Shown here in pieces: positions 12,516-23,100 of a stretch of DNA of 64,000 nt. The stretch spans positions 26,831,240 through 26,895,239 of the forward strand of contig OZ316894.1 of the NCBI GenBank assembly GCA_973895155.1, in the 5' to 3' direction. The stretch is from Marsupella aquatica (lineage: Eukaryota; Plantae; Marchantiophyta). The notes beneath the pieces were generated by a model. That model was not told where the DNA came from. It worked only from the letters and a program-made list of their open reading frames with translations, and ran no database searches. A program made the translations under genes and the position numbers. The first letter of the stretch is position 1. Each line of letters starts with the position of its first letter.

Positions 12516-13379
12516 TCACTCTCTCCCACCTTTGCTAAGCATACATCTCCGCTGAATCTTGGAGGGCCAGGCCTCAAAAATATCAAAGTCCCAAGCATTC
12601 TGTCGCTTCCCTCTAGCTGCTGATTCCAGAAGCCAATCAGGGGAAAGCACCCAAAGATTGTTGTTCATGACAAAATCACGCACTGTTGTCTTAAAGAATT
12701 TTCTGCATATTTTCATGTATGACAGACCTACAACATGAGTGGAGGTTTCTGTTAGACTCTCCTCCACTGTCCCACCTAGCTCAACAACTATAGACTTGTA
12801 CAGTCTGCACTTAGTCTCCCCAATTCCTTCTTCTGCAAATACCACACTGAACCCCTTCATAATGGTATTTCTCTCCTTGCCATGCTCATTCAATATAGCA
12901 TCTGCACGCATAGGATGGTGTCCTATGTTGACAACAGGTCCATATTGGACAGAAGCAAAGTTGGGTTTCTCTGCCGCTGCTTCATAGGCTTCCTTTTCAG
13001 CCAAAGCCTCTGTAGTGGCCTCCTCACTCTCCCACAACTCATATTGCTCAGTACTCTGTACACACCTATGTTTAACAGAATCGGTCAGCCAAGAGACTTC
13101 AACTACTTTTAGACCTTGGTTGGTAATGGCAGAATCAATGAAGGACCATGACCACTTGTTCATCACATCCAGCCATGTCCCCGCAACAACATGTGTAGTC
13201 TGTGGAGTGATGTCCTTGACTTCAGTCCCATGGAACTCTGAGAATCGTTTTTGTACGATTGGCCAACTCACTTGGGTGAACCCATAGTGGCCAAGAATCA
13301 AAATGGCTTTGATTCCAGCCAACAGAGGCGGGTGGTCAACCTTTGTACGTTTCCTAGAGGCCATGTACACACGGGCCAC
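12516..13379 (-). CDS. Tandem BRCT-domain accessory protein of CACTA A
   Basis: Two BRCT-like repeats (TTHVVA...VVEVSWLTDSV; LGGTVEESLTETSTHVVG...LSPDWLLESA) and a basic NLS-like RKRTK. First ATG is at about 13364. Confidence 0.82.
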   Translation of the reverse strand: MARVYMASRKRTKVDHPPLLAGIKAILILGHYGFTQVSWPIVQKRFSEFHGTEVKDITPQTTHVVAGTWLDVMNKWSWSFIDSAITNQGLKVVEVSWLTDSVKHRCVQSTEQYELWESEEATTEALAEKEAYEAAAEKPNFASVQYGPVVNIGHHPMRADAILNEHGKERNTIMKGFSVVFAEEGIGETKCRLYKSIVVELGGTVEESLTETSTHVVGLSYMKICRKFFKTTVRDFVMNNNLWVLSPDWLLESAARGKRQNAWDFDIFEAWPSKIQRRCMLSKGGRE

Positions 13380-13962
13380 CTAATCACTGCAGACCGGAAG
13401 ATAATGCGTTCACCTGATAATCGGAGGGCCCTTAAAATGCTGCGTTTATAACTTGGTCCAGTCCAGTCGTCTGGTGAGTCTCTGCTCCGATTCCAAACGG
13501 GAGAAATATTGGGACAAACGTACTAGACACCTGCAAGCATGCACCTCATAGTTTGAATATGTGCCTTCACAATATTGAAGGTGACAAGTGCAATTGTTTT
13601 GTGATGCCACATACAGATGTTGTAAATGGGCAGACATTCAATGAGAATACAAAATGTTGGTACACTTTAAGGGAATTCTCGCAAATTAAATAGCCTTGTA
13701 ACTTATATGCTCATAATGAGAAGTCCTGATTTAATTTAAGCAGTGTCATGTAAGTCGTGATCAAAATGATTGCAGAGTTAAAAAAGTTCCTAGAAGGCTT
13801 AAGGGCAGTTTTTGAAGGCATGTACCCAGGAACAAGTAATGAACTTAGGGTACTTGTTGCCTAAGCATCCTCTCCTACAGAGGTCCTTCTTCTCAAAATT
13901 GGAATGTCTGCAATCTCCAAGGTATCCACATCAGGTGCACTATGCATGTATATTATTCAGGT

Positions 13963-14643
13963 TCAAAGCCAAGAAATGTGATCTCTCATGGGAGTGTGCA
14001 AAGTAGGATCTATGGCATGGCGATGACAATAGAAGATCCATCGATCAACACCATGTGTAGAGTGATCATAGATGTGTCTGTCACAAGCATAGCCTTCTGC
14101 TTGACGCTCCTTCAAACAATGAAAGTGCCACATGGTGGGACACCTAACACAGTGGACTATGTCCACCCAGAAATCTTCATCGTGCTGACCACATGCCTTG
14201 CACTTATGAAGTGGGCAAGCTGTGGCAAGATCGGGCAAACATGAAAAACAAAAGAACCTCACACAATATCTGTCAGGGCATTTCCTAACAAGTGGTGGAG
14301 CATCAACAGAGCCCTCATAAGACCCCAACTTCCCACACTGTGCACACTTAGCCTGCTTCTCCAAACAATCAGTGCACATCCAGCCTCTCTGGTGTGCTGA
14401 CGGGAGGCCCACCCCTGGACAGTTGTTTTCTGCAGCAAGGTCAGACTCCGGGTTGAGGTGGAAATGCCTCATGCAAGGGCCCTCACATATGGCTAAGCCA
14501 CCACCATCGTCACAAATGGCACAACAATGAGCTGCCTTCTGGAAAATCTGACTTGCGGAGAAGTTACTACCATCTGGCCCAACTACACCTGTGTTGCTCA
14601 CCTCTGTCCCCCGCTTCTTGGCTCGGATTTTAGGGCGTGCCAT
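13963..14643 (-). CDS. Stand-alone EDM2-like composite PHD-finger protein (CACTA A)
   Basis: CAICDDGGGLAICEGPCMRHFH...CPLHKCKAC...CVRCPTMWHFHCL...IFYCHRHAIDPTLHTPMRDHI follows the Cys/His pattern of the EDM2/NSD-type PHD cassette as recalled. Confidence 0.85.
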   Translation of the reverse strand: MARPKIRAKKRGTEVSNTGVVGPDGSNFSASQIFQKAAHCCAICDDGGGLAICEGPCMRHFHLNPESDLAAENNCPGVGLPSAHQRGWMCTDCLEKQAKCAQCGKLGSYEGSVDAPPLVRKCPDRYCVRFFCFSCLPDLATACPLHKCKACGQHDEDFWVDIVHCVRCPTMWHFHCLKERQAEGYACDRHIYDHSTHGVDRWIFYCHRHAIDPTLHTPMRDHISWL

Positions 14644-15471
14644 GCCTACGCATGAGACAGATAGTACAATTTAGCAGAGTGCACGGACAATACAATTTAG
14701 TGCAGTGTACAAAAAGTACAGTGTAGCATATAGACTAGAGTGGCAATTGCTACTGCAATGAAATGTTCACACACATGTGCAGAGTAGACATACTTTTTGG
14801 TTTGTTGAGCCCACACTAAAAACTGATCCCCTCGTACAATAGCTCCACCTACACCTCAATTTTGTGGCTATGATTCACCAAAGGAGATCTGCAACAAGAT
14901 TTAATGCATTTGAATCATATATAACAGTCGTGACATGTAAAACAGGCATTTTTTGAACAGGATTGGTATCAAGCACTGTGATCAGGGTTGTAATTTATAC
15001 ATCCTAAATAGGCTATGATAGTGAATGAGACAAATAAGTTAGGCAGAAATCACTTTTTCCAGGTTATCACATGGCCCATTAATTCCAGTCTTTGAAAGGA
15101 GACTTTTAAGTGAGCTTGCTAGCCTCTTAAATTAGGATATTGTACTTAGTGCAGCCATAATAGGATAAGTTATGTACTGTTGACCCTAAACCCTGGACCC
15201 AAAATTGGTCATAATTCAAAATCTTAAGTAAATATCCTCTCTGTTCAAGTCAAAGTGTTAAGTTATAGGTCAATGGTCTCTGGTTTGTGCATGCGGTGTG
15301 ACAAGTGGTCCTCTAGAGCGTGTGATCCAAACATGTGTAGACACCAAAGTGACCGGTGGTGGGGTCTGGGAGGGCAGGACAAGTGACATCGCCAGGCACA
15401 CTGCAGGATGGCGAGTGGTTCCAGATGATACATTGTGCTCTGTGAAAAAACCGACATCCAAGAGAACGGTC

Positions 15472-18400
15472 TGTGATGCCTAGACAGGAATCACTCGGCC
15501 GGTTAAGTGGGTAAAGCAGGAAGGCACCCTAGAAACACCTTAGTATAGTGACAAAACAAGGAAAATATAAACAATTAGGGGCAACCATGGAACCCGGGCC
15601 GAGGCCGGAGGTAAGGCTAAGGGTGAAAACCCGATTAGGGTTAGGGCGCGTTAAGCGTCGGCGGCTAGGAAGGATCAACGGGAAGAAGGACCGGCAAAGG
15701 AGAGGGGTAAGGAGCGCTTGCAGGAGATAGTGGCTCATTTGCGAGCACGAACTAGGCAGACGACTACGGGAGGCCAACTACTGTCAGCTGCTTAGGCAAG
15801 CACTCGGGGAGAGAGTAGATACCGACGATCAACCTAAGGAGGGTATGAGCAACGTCAATCAAGCGGCACATTTCTGGGGATGCCTGTTCGAACGGGCAAC
15901 TGAGTACATCAAGACTTACGAGGACGAGGAATCAGAAAGGGCAGCTCGAGAACGGCAGGAGCTCGCTCGATTGTGGGAGCTACAGAAGACGGCTTTCTTA
16001 GGAGGCGAACTCATCAAGGACGAGTTCCTGTGGACGCCTACTTCCAATCAACTCGACGATCTTCTGTTTTGCAAAGACAGCGTCGTCGGCATCCGAGAGG
16101 CCATCAAGAACTGCAACGACATACACTGGGAATTAAAGGGTAGCACGGAAAGGTGGACCCAGGCAACGGTGCTAGGAGAAACCTCCACGGCAGCAGAGAT
16201 GAAGAGGAAGGGAGCCGTCAACGATGAAGCCACCCCGGCAAAAAGAACGAGGTCGGCGGCACCAAAGAAGCCAGCCGAGCAGCAGAGCAGGAGGCAGGGA
16301 GAAGCCGAAGAGGAGGAGGTCGATCCCATCAAGGCCATTCCAACCAGGGATGACACCTGGAAGGGCTGGGCGGCAACCCTACCGGTGGAGGTGCAACTAC
16401 ATTTTGCACGGGAGGAGGATGCATGCTTTACGGCCATGCAGACCAAGAAGTACCAAGGCTTCATGGCCGGACCCGGCTTGGAGGCCTTTGTAAGATTACC
16501 ATGGCTGAAGCCGGAGGTACCGGAGTCAGACCTATTAGAATTCGTGGGGTCATGGGAACCCGAGACCAATTGCACGAGGATATATGGGAAGGATTTCTAT
16601 CTTACTCCCAAGGTAATTGCCGAAGTGTTTGGCCTGCCGATAGGCAATAAGACCAAAGTTGATACCAGGAAGACCTTGCCTGACAAGGAGTTCCGGTCGT
16701 TCCCCGGGCCATCAACGAAGAATGGCTTCTTCCGGAACACCTGCACCAACCCGCACATAGGAGAGATGATCGACTTCTTGCGGGTGACCATGCATTGTAA
16801 CTTGCCGAGGGCAGAGATCGGCAAGGCACAGGTCTATCTGGCAGAAAGGCCAGACCCAAGCCGGGACTACAATGGGTACCTCCTCAACCAATTGAAGAAG
16901 ATCTTAAAGGAGGAGCAGCAGGTAATCGGCATGGGGAGCGTGTCGCGGCTTGGCTATCACATGCCGCTGTTGTGCCGGTATGCCAGAGGTCAGACTTTTG
17001 CCCCAGTACTTCCCCTGCAGGTAAGGGCACCCGAGGAAGCTCCAACGCCGAGGCCATTGGCTGAGAAGCCTCAACCACCTGTTAGTCCTACGATCGAGCA
17101 GGTGTTTAGGCCCAGGAAGGAAGACTTGCCGATGCAGCAACCAGGCATGCAGAGTCTGCTGAAACTACTGGAGAAAGAAAAGAAATCGGCATCGGCAACA
17201 ACAACGGCAATGGCAACAATGCAGGACACTACTACAGAGGTAGGCCTACACCGGCTCACAAGAGAAAACCCCTTTGCTGGAGACAAGGAGAGAATCAGGC
17301 CGGAATCCAAGCCAGGTGTTCGAATGTACGTGGGAACCTCAAGCTCCGAATCTGAGGCAGAATTGCCTCAAGCTCCTACCGACGAAGAGGAGAGGGAGAA
17401 GCCGGACGTCCAAGAGGTAGAGGAGGCAGTGGAGGACTGCAGCCATGATAATTCCGGCTATGGGTCGGACCATCACGTTCCAGGAGTAAGGACCTGTGGC
17501 CGGTTTGTCCCCACACTTCCAAGGGTAGTGCGAGGGGACCCCAACCAGCAGAGTAGCCCTGAGTCTCCCCCACCAGATGTTGCTCCCCCGAGCTTCGACG
17601 GCATAAAACAGACGGTGCAGGAATTTCAGGAGCGAATCAAGCAGGAGGAGGAGGCCGCCCTGGCTAAGGAAAAGGATTTACCAGGAGGAGATTGGCCGGA
17701 GGACATTAGGCGGCTAGCCGAAAAAGGAAGCAAACCTCTAGCCACGATTGAAGAGATCCGCATGACGGCTTGGGAGCAGAGGCCACGATGGGCGATGCCG
17801 ATCACTTCTACTTACTCCACCTACGCTAAGAATAGAGCCATGGAGTATGGTGAGATGTGTGGGGAACTTGCGCTCGGCATCTTTGGAGAGGAGTTGGAGG
17901 TAGGACCCTTTTTCCATAGGGAGCAGTTGGAGAAGCACCAATTAGAAGAAGCGGTGGCTTTAGAGAGAAGCAAGAAGGACGAGGTCATTCGGCGGCTTAG
18001 GAGGATGGAAGCCGAGATTGAAGATCTAAGGGCGGCCAAGAAAGCCCAAGATGAACTGCGGATTAAACGACATGAGCTGAACATCATGCAGGGGCAGTTG
18101 GACACCGCGCAGGCTGATAATCAGAATATCAAGGATAAACTGACGCAGACGCAGGAAGAGTTGGCCGACACGATCAAAGAGAGGGAGAAGTGGAAGCAAG
18201 AGCTGAAGAATACAGAGGAGGCCCACATAACAGCCAACAGTCGGGCCATGGCGGAGACCCAAAGAAAGGAATGGGCGTTGAAAGGGGAGCTCGAGAAAAT
18301 CCGCGGAGCCCTTGAGCAGAAGGAGGCCGAGTTAGGGAAATCCTATCAAGGGATTATGGCGCTGCAGCAGGAGCTTGCGTCCCTGACGGCCAGCTTCAAG

Positions 18401-20131
18401 GCCGACCTAAGGGAGAAGGACGAGATGCTCGAACAGACTTACGCCAAGATGAACCAGATGGAGTCTATCATCATTGCAGAGCTCGACAAGGAGCTAAGAG
18501 CAACCCGGGAGGAGAGGGCTACCTTGAAGAAGGAATTGGAGGAAGCCCACAGGGAGCAAGAGGAGGCCAAAAACGAGCTGGAGGGGGCACGTAAGGACCT
18601 GGATGAAACCCAAGAGGAGTTGGAGGAAATCACGAGGAAGATGGAGAACCTACAGCGGCGGGCCGACAACCAAACAGAGCGGCTGAAGAAACAAGCCGCA
18701 GTATTTAAATGCTTAGCTGCAGCAGGTCCATCTCCCGTTGGGACAAACCAGTTACCAGGGGTGGTAATTGCCGAAGGACAAGCCGCGCCACCTGCACCAG
18801 TGCCGGAAGTAAGTGGGAAGGGGAAGGGACCAGCTGCCGAGCCACCAATGAAGAAGAAGCGGAAACCTTCAGGGTCAAGGAGTAATACGACTTCACAGGC
18901 CGTGGTGATCAAGGAGGTAGACCCAGCACCGACCCCAGACAGGGTCACGGCTAAGGATCCAACTACCCTAGGGGAAGGGGAGGCCGAAGCCGAGGGAGTG
19001 GCTGAAGCCGAAGTCGTGGGAGTGGCTGAGGCCGAAGCCGTGGGTATTGCCGAGGCCGGTGTCGAGGCTGAAGCCGAAGGTGGACCCAGTCAGGCCGAGG
19101 GAGAGTTGACTCGGTCAAGGGCAGGTAATCTGTCAGTAGGCGGGCCAACGGCAGTGGCTGAGGAGGAAGTGTTGGGGGCGTCCATTGAGGATCCACCACC
19201 GGTGTCGTGACGGTGCAAGGGCGCCGTTCCTTTTAGGGAGGGCGGACGTGGAGGGAGGAGGCGTGAGTGGGCAGGGCGGGCGCGGATCTCCATGTTTAGG
19301 ATTAGGATTAGAACCAGGAGCGGCCCTGACACTTAGCTTAGTGGGATTGCGGTTCCACTGGTAGGAGCAACACTTGTGCTCCTGCCTTACTGTACATAGG
19401 TAGATTCGGGCAAGTAGATTACTGTCAGGTAGATTAGGCTTACGATGCAAAGAATGGCGGATCCACTACCAGGATAAGTACCTGGGCAGCGGGGAGCTCA
19501 GGGCCTCTTCTTTAGCAAGTTTTTAGTTTGCACCAGCCGGGCTGGGATCAAGTAGTACGAGAAGCTCTCGGTTAGTCATACAGTGACCCTTGTGTATATT
19601 CATGTTTCCTCATGCCTAAGAGCTGAATAGAGTTGGCCTCACGGCTTAGTTCGCAGAACTTGTGTATGAGATGTACTGTTTGTATGGCAAGTGCATGGTA
19701 TGACTCAGTCAGAATGAGTCATTTTGCTATTTGTGTGTCGCATTAACTTGTGTGAAGAGTGCCCACATCAACAGAAGGAAGGAAAGTAAGCAGGGGAGTG
19801 AGAGTTGGATGTGTCGAGCTGAGAGAGGTCTTAGCGGCTTAACCAAGCCTATTGGGGATCATTCCGGCGGCGGAATCCAAACATACCTAACAAGACGGAG
19901 GGGAAGACAGGGGAAGACGGGGGAAGGCCTATATTAGGCCGGCTACGTATCTCATGACCCGATGAAGGATCTGTCCAGTATATGTGTGTAAAATGTTAAT
20001 AGTAGTAGTAGAAGGTTAGCAGCGTCCCATGCCGCTAAGCCGCGGAAACGGCCTCGCCAAGCACGAAACCTGCGGGAATCGGCTTGAGCTGGGGGGTTTC
20101 TTGGGTTTAGGGAGCCATGGGACGCACCACA
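15472..20131. mobile_element. 4.66-kb insertion with TG...CA ends and 5-bp TSD (solo-LTR-like)
   Basis: Termini TGTGATGC...GCACCACA; flanking CGGTC at 15467-15471 and 20132-20136; no internal terminal direct repeats seen. Segment 19363-20131 has a second copy at 38559-39316. Confidence 0.85.
15845..19210 (+). CDS. 1121-aa protein: plant-mobile-domain-like segment, acidic/Pro-rich linker, long coiled coil
   Basis: Uninterrupted ORF. LLEFVGSWEPETNCTRIYGKDFYLTPKVIAEVFGLPIG resembles the PMD core. E/K/L-rich coiled-coil-like region at about aa 690-955; NLS-like KKKRK. Confidence 0.75.
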   Translation: MSNVNQAAHFWGCLFERATEYIKTYEDEESERAARERQELARLWELQKTAFLGGELIKDEFLWTPTSNQLDDLLFCKDSVVGIREAIKNCNDIHWELKGSTERWTQATVLGETSTAAEMKRKGAVNDEATPAKRTRSAAPKKPAEQQSRRQGEAEEEEVDPIKAIPTRDDTWKGWAATLPVEVQLHFAREEDACFTAMQTKKYQGFMAGPGLEAFVRLPWLKPEVPESDLLEFVGSWEPETNCTRIYGKDFYLTPKVIAEVFGLPIGNKTKVDTRKTLPDKEFRSFPGPSTKNGFFRNTCTNPHIGEMIDFLRVTMHCNLPRAEIGKAQVYLAERPDPSRDYNGYLLNQLKKILKEEQQVIGMGSVSRLGYHMPLLCRYARGQTFAPVLPLQVRAPEEAPTPRPLAEKPQPPVSPTIEQVFRPRKEDLPMQQPGMQSLLKLLEKEKKSASATTTAMATMQDTTTEVGLHRLTRENPFAGDKERIRPESKPGVRMYVGTSSSESEAELPQAPTDEEEREKPDVQEVEEAVEDCSHDNSGYGSDHHVPGVRTCGRFVPTLPRVVRGDPNQQSSPESPPPDVAPPSFDGIKQTVQEFQERIKQEEEAALAKEKDLPGGDWPEDIRRLAEKGSKPLATIEEIRMTAWEQRPRWAMPITSTYSTYAKNRAMEYGEMCGELALGIFGEELEVGPFFHREQLEKHQLEEAVALERSKKDEVIRRLRRMEAEIEDLRAAKKAQDELRIKRHELNIMQGQLDTAQADNQNIKDKLTQTQEELADTIKEREKWKQELKNTEEAHITANSRAMAETQRKEWALKGELEKIRGALEQKEAELGKSYQGIMALQQELASLTASFKADLREKDEMLEQTYAKMNQMESIIIAELDKELRATREERATLKKELEEAHREQEEAKNELEGARKDLDETQEELEEITRKMENLQRRADNQTERLKKQAAVFKCLAAAGPSPVGTNQLPGVVIAEGQAAPPAPVPEVSGKGKGPAAEPPMKKKRKPSGSRSNTTSQAVVIKEVDPAPTPDRVTAKDPTTLGEGEAEAEGVAEAEVVGVAEAEAVGIAEAGVEAEAEGGPSQAEGELTRSRAGNLSVGGPTAVAEEEVLGASIEDPPPVS

Positions 20132-23100
20132 CGGTCATCCAACTCTAGGCCAGAAGCCCTACAGGCAGGACAGTCATATTGGCAACTGTGCACACACCCT
20201 TGGGCCCTAATTTGTGGCGGGTCATGTATGAGAGACAGAAATACCAAGGATGTTGGGAAGGGTGGAGAAGCAGGTACAGGCCGGCTGTAGTTGTTCCTGG
20301 CAACAACTGGGTACTCAAAGTACCATGCAGACTGGGCTGGAAGGATCCCAAGTCTGACATACTCAAGGCGCAACATCTCTGCCTTGCGTGCAAGCCGCAC
20401 ATGTTCATCGTTGCGGGTCCTCACCATAAGTGTTGCTTTTGTGGAGATGTCGTGTGTTCACGTCCTCTGATAAGCACCTTCGATCAGCAAGGTGAGCAGG
20501 AGCTGTACTTGCCTCACCAACAGCAACCAACCTTAAATTATCAGTTCCCACTCACTGTGTCATTCCATTGGTTCCAGCTAGGGGTCACAGTGTAAACATA
20601 GCATGAAACACTCCTAATCAACTTGCTTACAAACTGCAATATCCAGAAAGAGTGAAAGTCTCACCCTCCAGTGAGCAGCAGAGAGGTAGTTCACTAGATG
20701 TGTTGATGTGCAGTTAAACCTCCACTATTGCTTACTTCTGGTGTATGCTGCTCAGAAGAAGACATATTAGTAGCAGCAAATTGCAAATAATGGCCATAAG
20801 CAAACCGTGAGAGTTTGCAGAATGCTACGACAAATCCATCACAGCAGTGCTCCATAGGAATGAAACCAAGCAAAATTTGGTGACCTCGGCCAATGACAAG
20901 GCCAATGTAGTGAACAATCCTTGACCGATCAGGATATGGATTGGAATTACAATTAGTCAGCTCTTCTTCTTTGTTTTCTAACTCTGGGGGAAATGAGCAT
21001 GACCAGGGAATTCTTTGAGAAATAGAAGTGCACAGGGAAAATGAAATTGGCTCATTCAGCTGCGCAAGACCGGCCATTGCAGCAAACTTGGACAGTTGTT
21101 CCGCAATACATAAAATACCCTGACTTACATGCAATCGATACAATCTGCTTCTGTTGGCTGTCCTATAGCTCACGGTAGTGCCGTTGGGATAGGGTAAGTG
21201 AATATTGCCATAGCTGAAGCACATTGAGCTTGCAGCAAGAAGTGAAGGAGCATGGCCAAAAGCAGAAAAGACAGACAGGTTTTACAAGAAGAAACTAACA
21301 ACCGCCAATCTGCTCAAATCCGCTGCATAGATCAAACCCTCCAAACTACACAGCCCTCCTTTGAAAACAATCCAATGTGCTTTGGCTGGTGGATGACAAG
21401 GACTAGGAGAAGAGGAAACGTCTACACAATCAATCCCAATGACGGGACACAGAGACCAGGCACAGAGAGGATTTGTGCTTAGACAAAAACCACAAATTGT
21501 AGCATGGGCGCCATAGCATTGGGCGGCAATGGGAAGAATTACATCAAATGAGTGGACAGAGAATGAACAGTCCGGTTATAGGCAAACAGCGACTGATGCC
21601 CTGATGCAATGAAACACGCATTGACATAGCGGAGGGACATAAAAACTACATAAGCCAACTTACTGACCTTTTAAGGCCCACAATTTCAAGGGGAGGGACA
21701 AAGACAGCAATAATAGACGCAGAGACAAAGCTGTACTCTGTCAATTGAGTAGGCAAGTGGGTGGGTGAAGATCAACAACCAATGTAGCAGCGCAACCAGA
21801 GTAGCAACAAAGAAGCAGGTTGCCCTCAGTCTCCTATTTTTCAAGCAGCTCGTGCTCGCGGTCAATCTCCTATTCTGCAAGCAGCTCACGCTCGTCCCTC
21901 TTGTTCTGCAAGCAGGTCATTCTTGTCGGCGATGGTGCAAGCTGTCCTCCTAAACTCTGACACTCAAAATGAAAAGACCAAGCACCTCCAATCTGTTTGA
22001 TCCCTTCCGCAAGTAGCCGAGCGGCAGACGATAATGTAGGGATCAAGAACCAAGTGCCAGGCGGACATTGCACAAAATGAGGACCGGGGGCAGAGACAAA
22101 ATCTACCGAAATCTACCGAAATCTACTTCTTGGGGTCCAGCCCACGGATGGACATCATGCAAGGTGGTCAAAAATGGTAAGTGCAATTGTTGGAGAGCTG
22201 TACTCGCGATTACTAACGGTGCATCCACAAAACGCGTCATCAAGTTGTCAGTGCGGCCACAACAATTTTGACAGTCTCAGGATCACAGGTCCACAAACAA
22301 GTTGCAAATGAAGACACACAACGTCCAGGAGGGAAAGTCCGCAACACTAACCCTTTGTAAAGCCCCCGAGCTTACCTTCTAGCTGCCGACGCAAAGAGAA
22401 AACCTACTCGGACACTGAAGCAACCCTAAACTCAAAGTCTCACCTTAGCGCAACAACTCCTGGATTGGATTCAGCTAGCTCAGGCTCAATGAAGCATGTC
22501 GCCTCGGGCTCTCCGGATCCTCCCAAGGCAGCAAACAAGTTAGGGTCCACGGTCCTTGTACCTTCACCGCACCGTTGTGTCCTTCCCAATGCCTCCTCTG
22601 TAGTTGCGTCTTGTCTGCAACTCTACAGCTCCCCGTGTTGCTCTGCCGCACTTAGTTATATTCCAACGCCCGATCGTGACCAAAAAGAGTTTTCTCCTGC
22701 TGGACAGCACTAGGCATTTGTTCAATCTCTTGATCACGCGTAAGCAGCTACAGGTATGAATCACTCAGTTGGCAGCTCAATACGCTTACAGCAAGAGGGC
22801 GCAATAGGTAGAAGCTCGCGCTACCTAGACCAGCACAAGGACAAAGCATTAACATTGAAACTGTACCATGGAGCTGGAGAAAACCACAGAGTAATTGAAG
22901 CCTAACAATACCCTTCTTAGCTCCCGACTCCAAACTCTCGGCTCCCAGTTTGCAAGAACAAGCACTATGAAAATATGGATTCCCACATTGACTGTGTCCG
23001 CAGAACAGATGCAACCCGCATGCAACTTCACCAGCTCAACGGCAGCTTGACAACTGAAGGACCTCCCAATGAGCCTCACGGCCTCCCGATGCTCGTTATG

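Larger units (their letters stand above)
15313..20427 (-). pseudogene. Small Cys/His-rich accessory ORF (MVRTR...) of CACTA A, split by the 15472-20131 insertion
   Basis: Removing 15472-20131 and one CGGTC copy restores a 149-aa frame (...GCVHSCQYDCPAC...CIIWNH...CPALPDPTTGHF..CL) colinear with the intact 150-aa ORF at 30511-30963. Confidence 0.85.

Noticed and set aside
15472-20131. Autonomous DNA transposon (Ginger-like, TGT ends)
   Set aside because: The ORF shows no integrase or DDE motifs, and the inverted termini are only about 8 bp.
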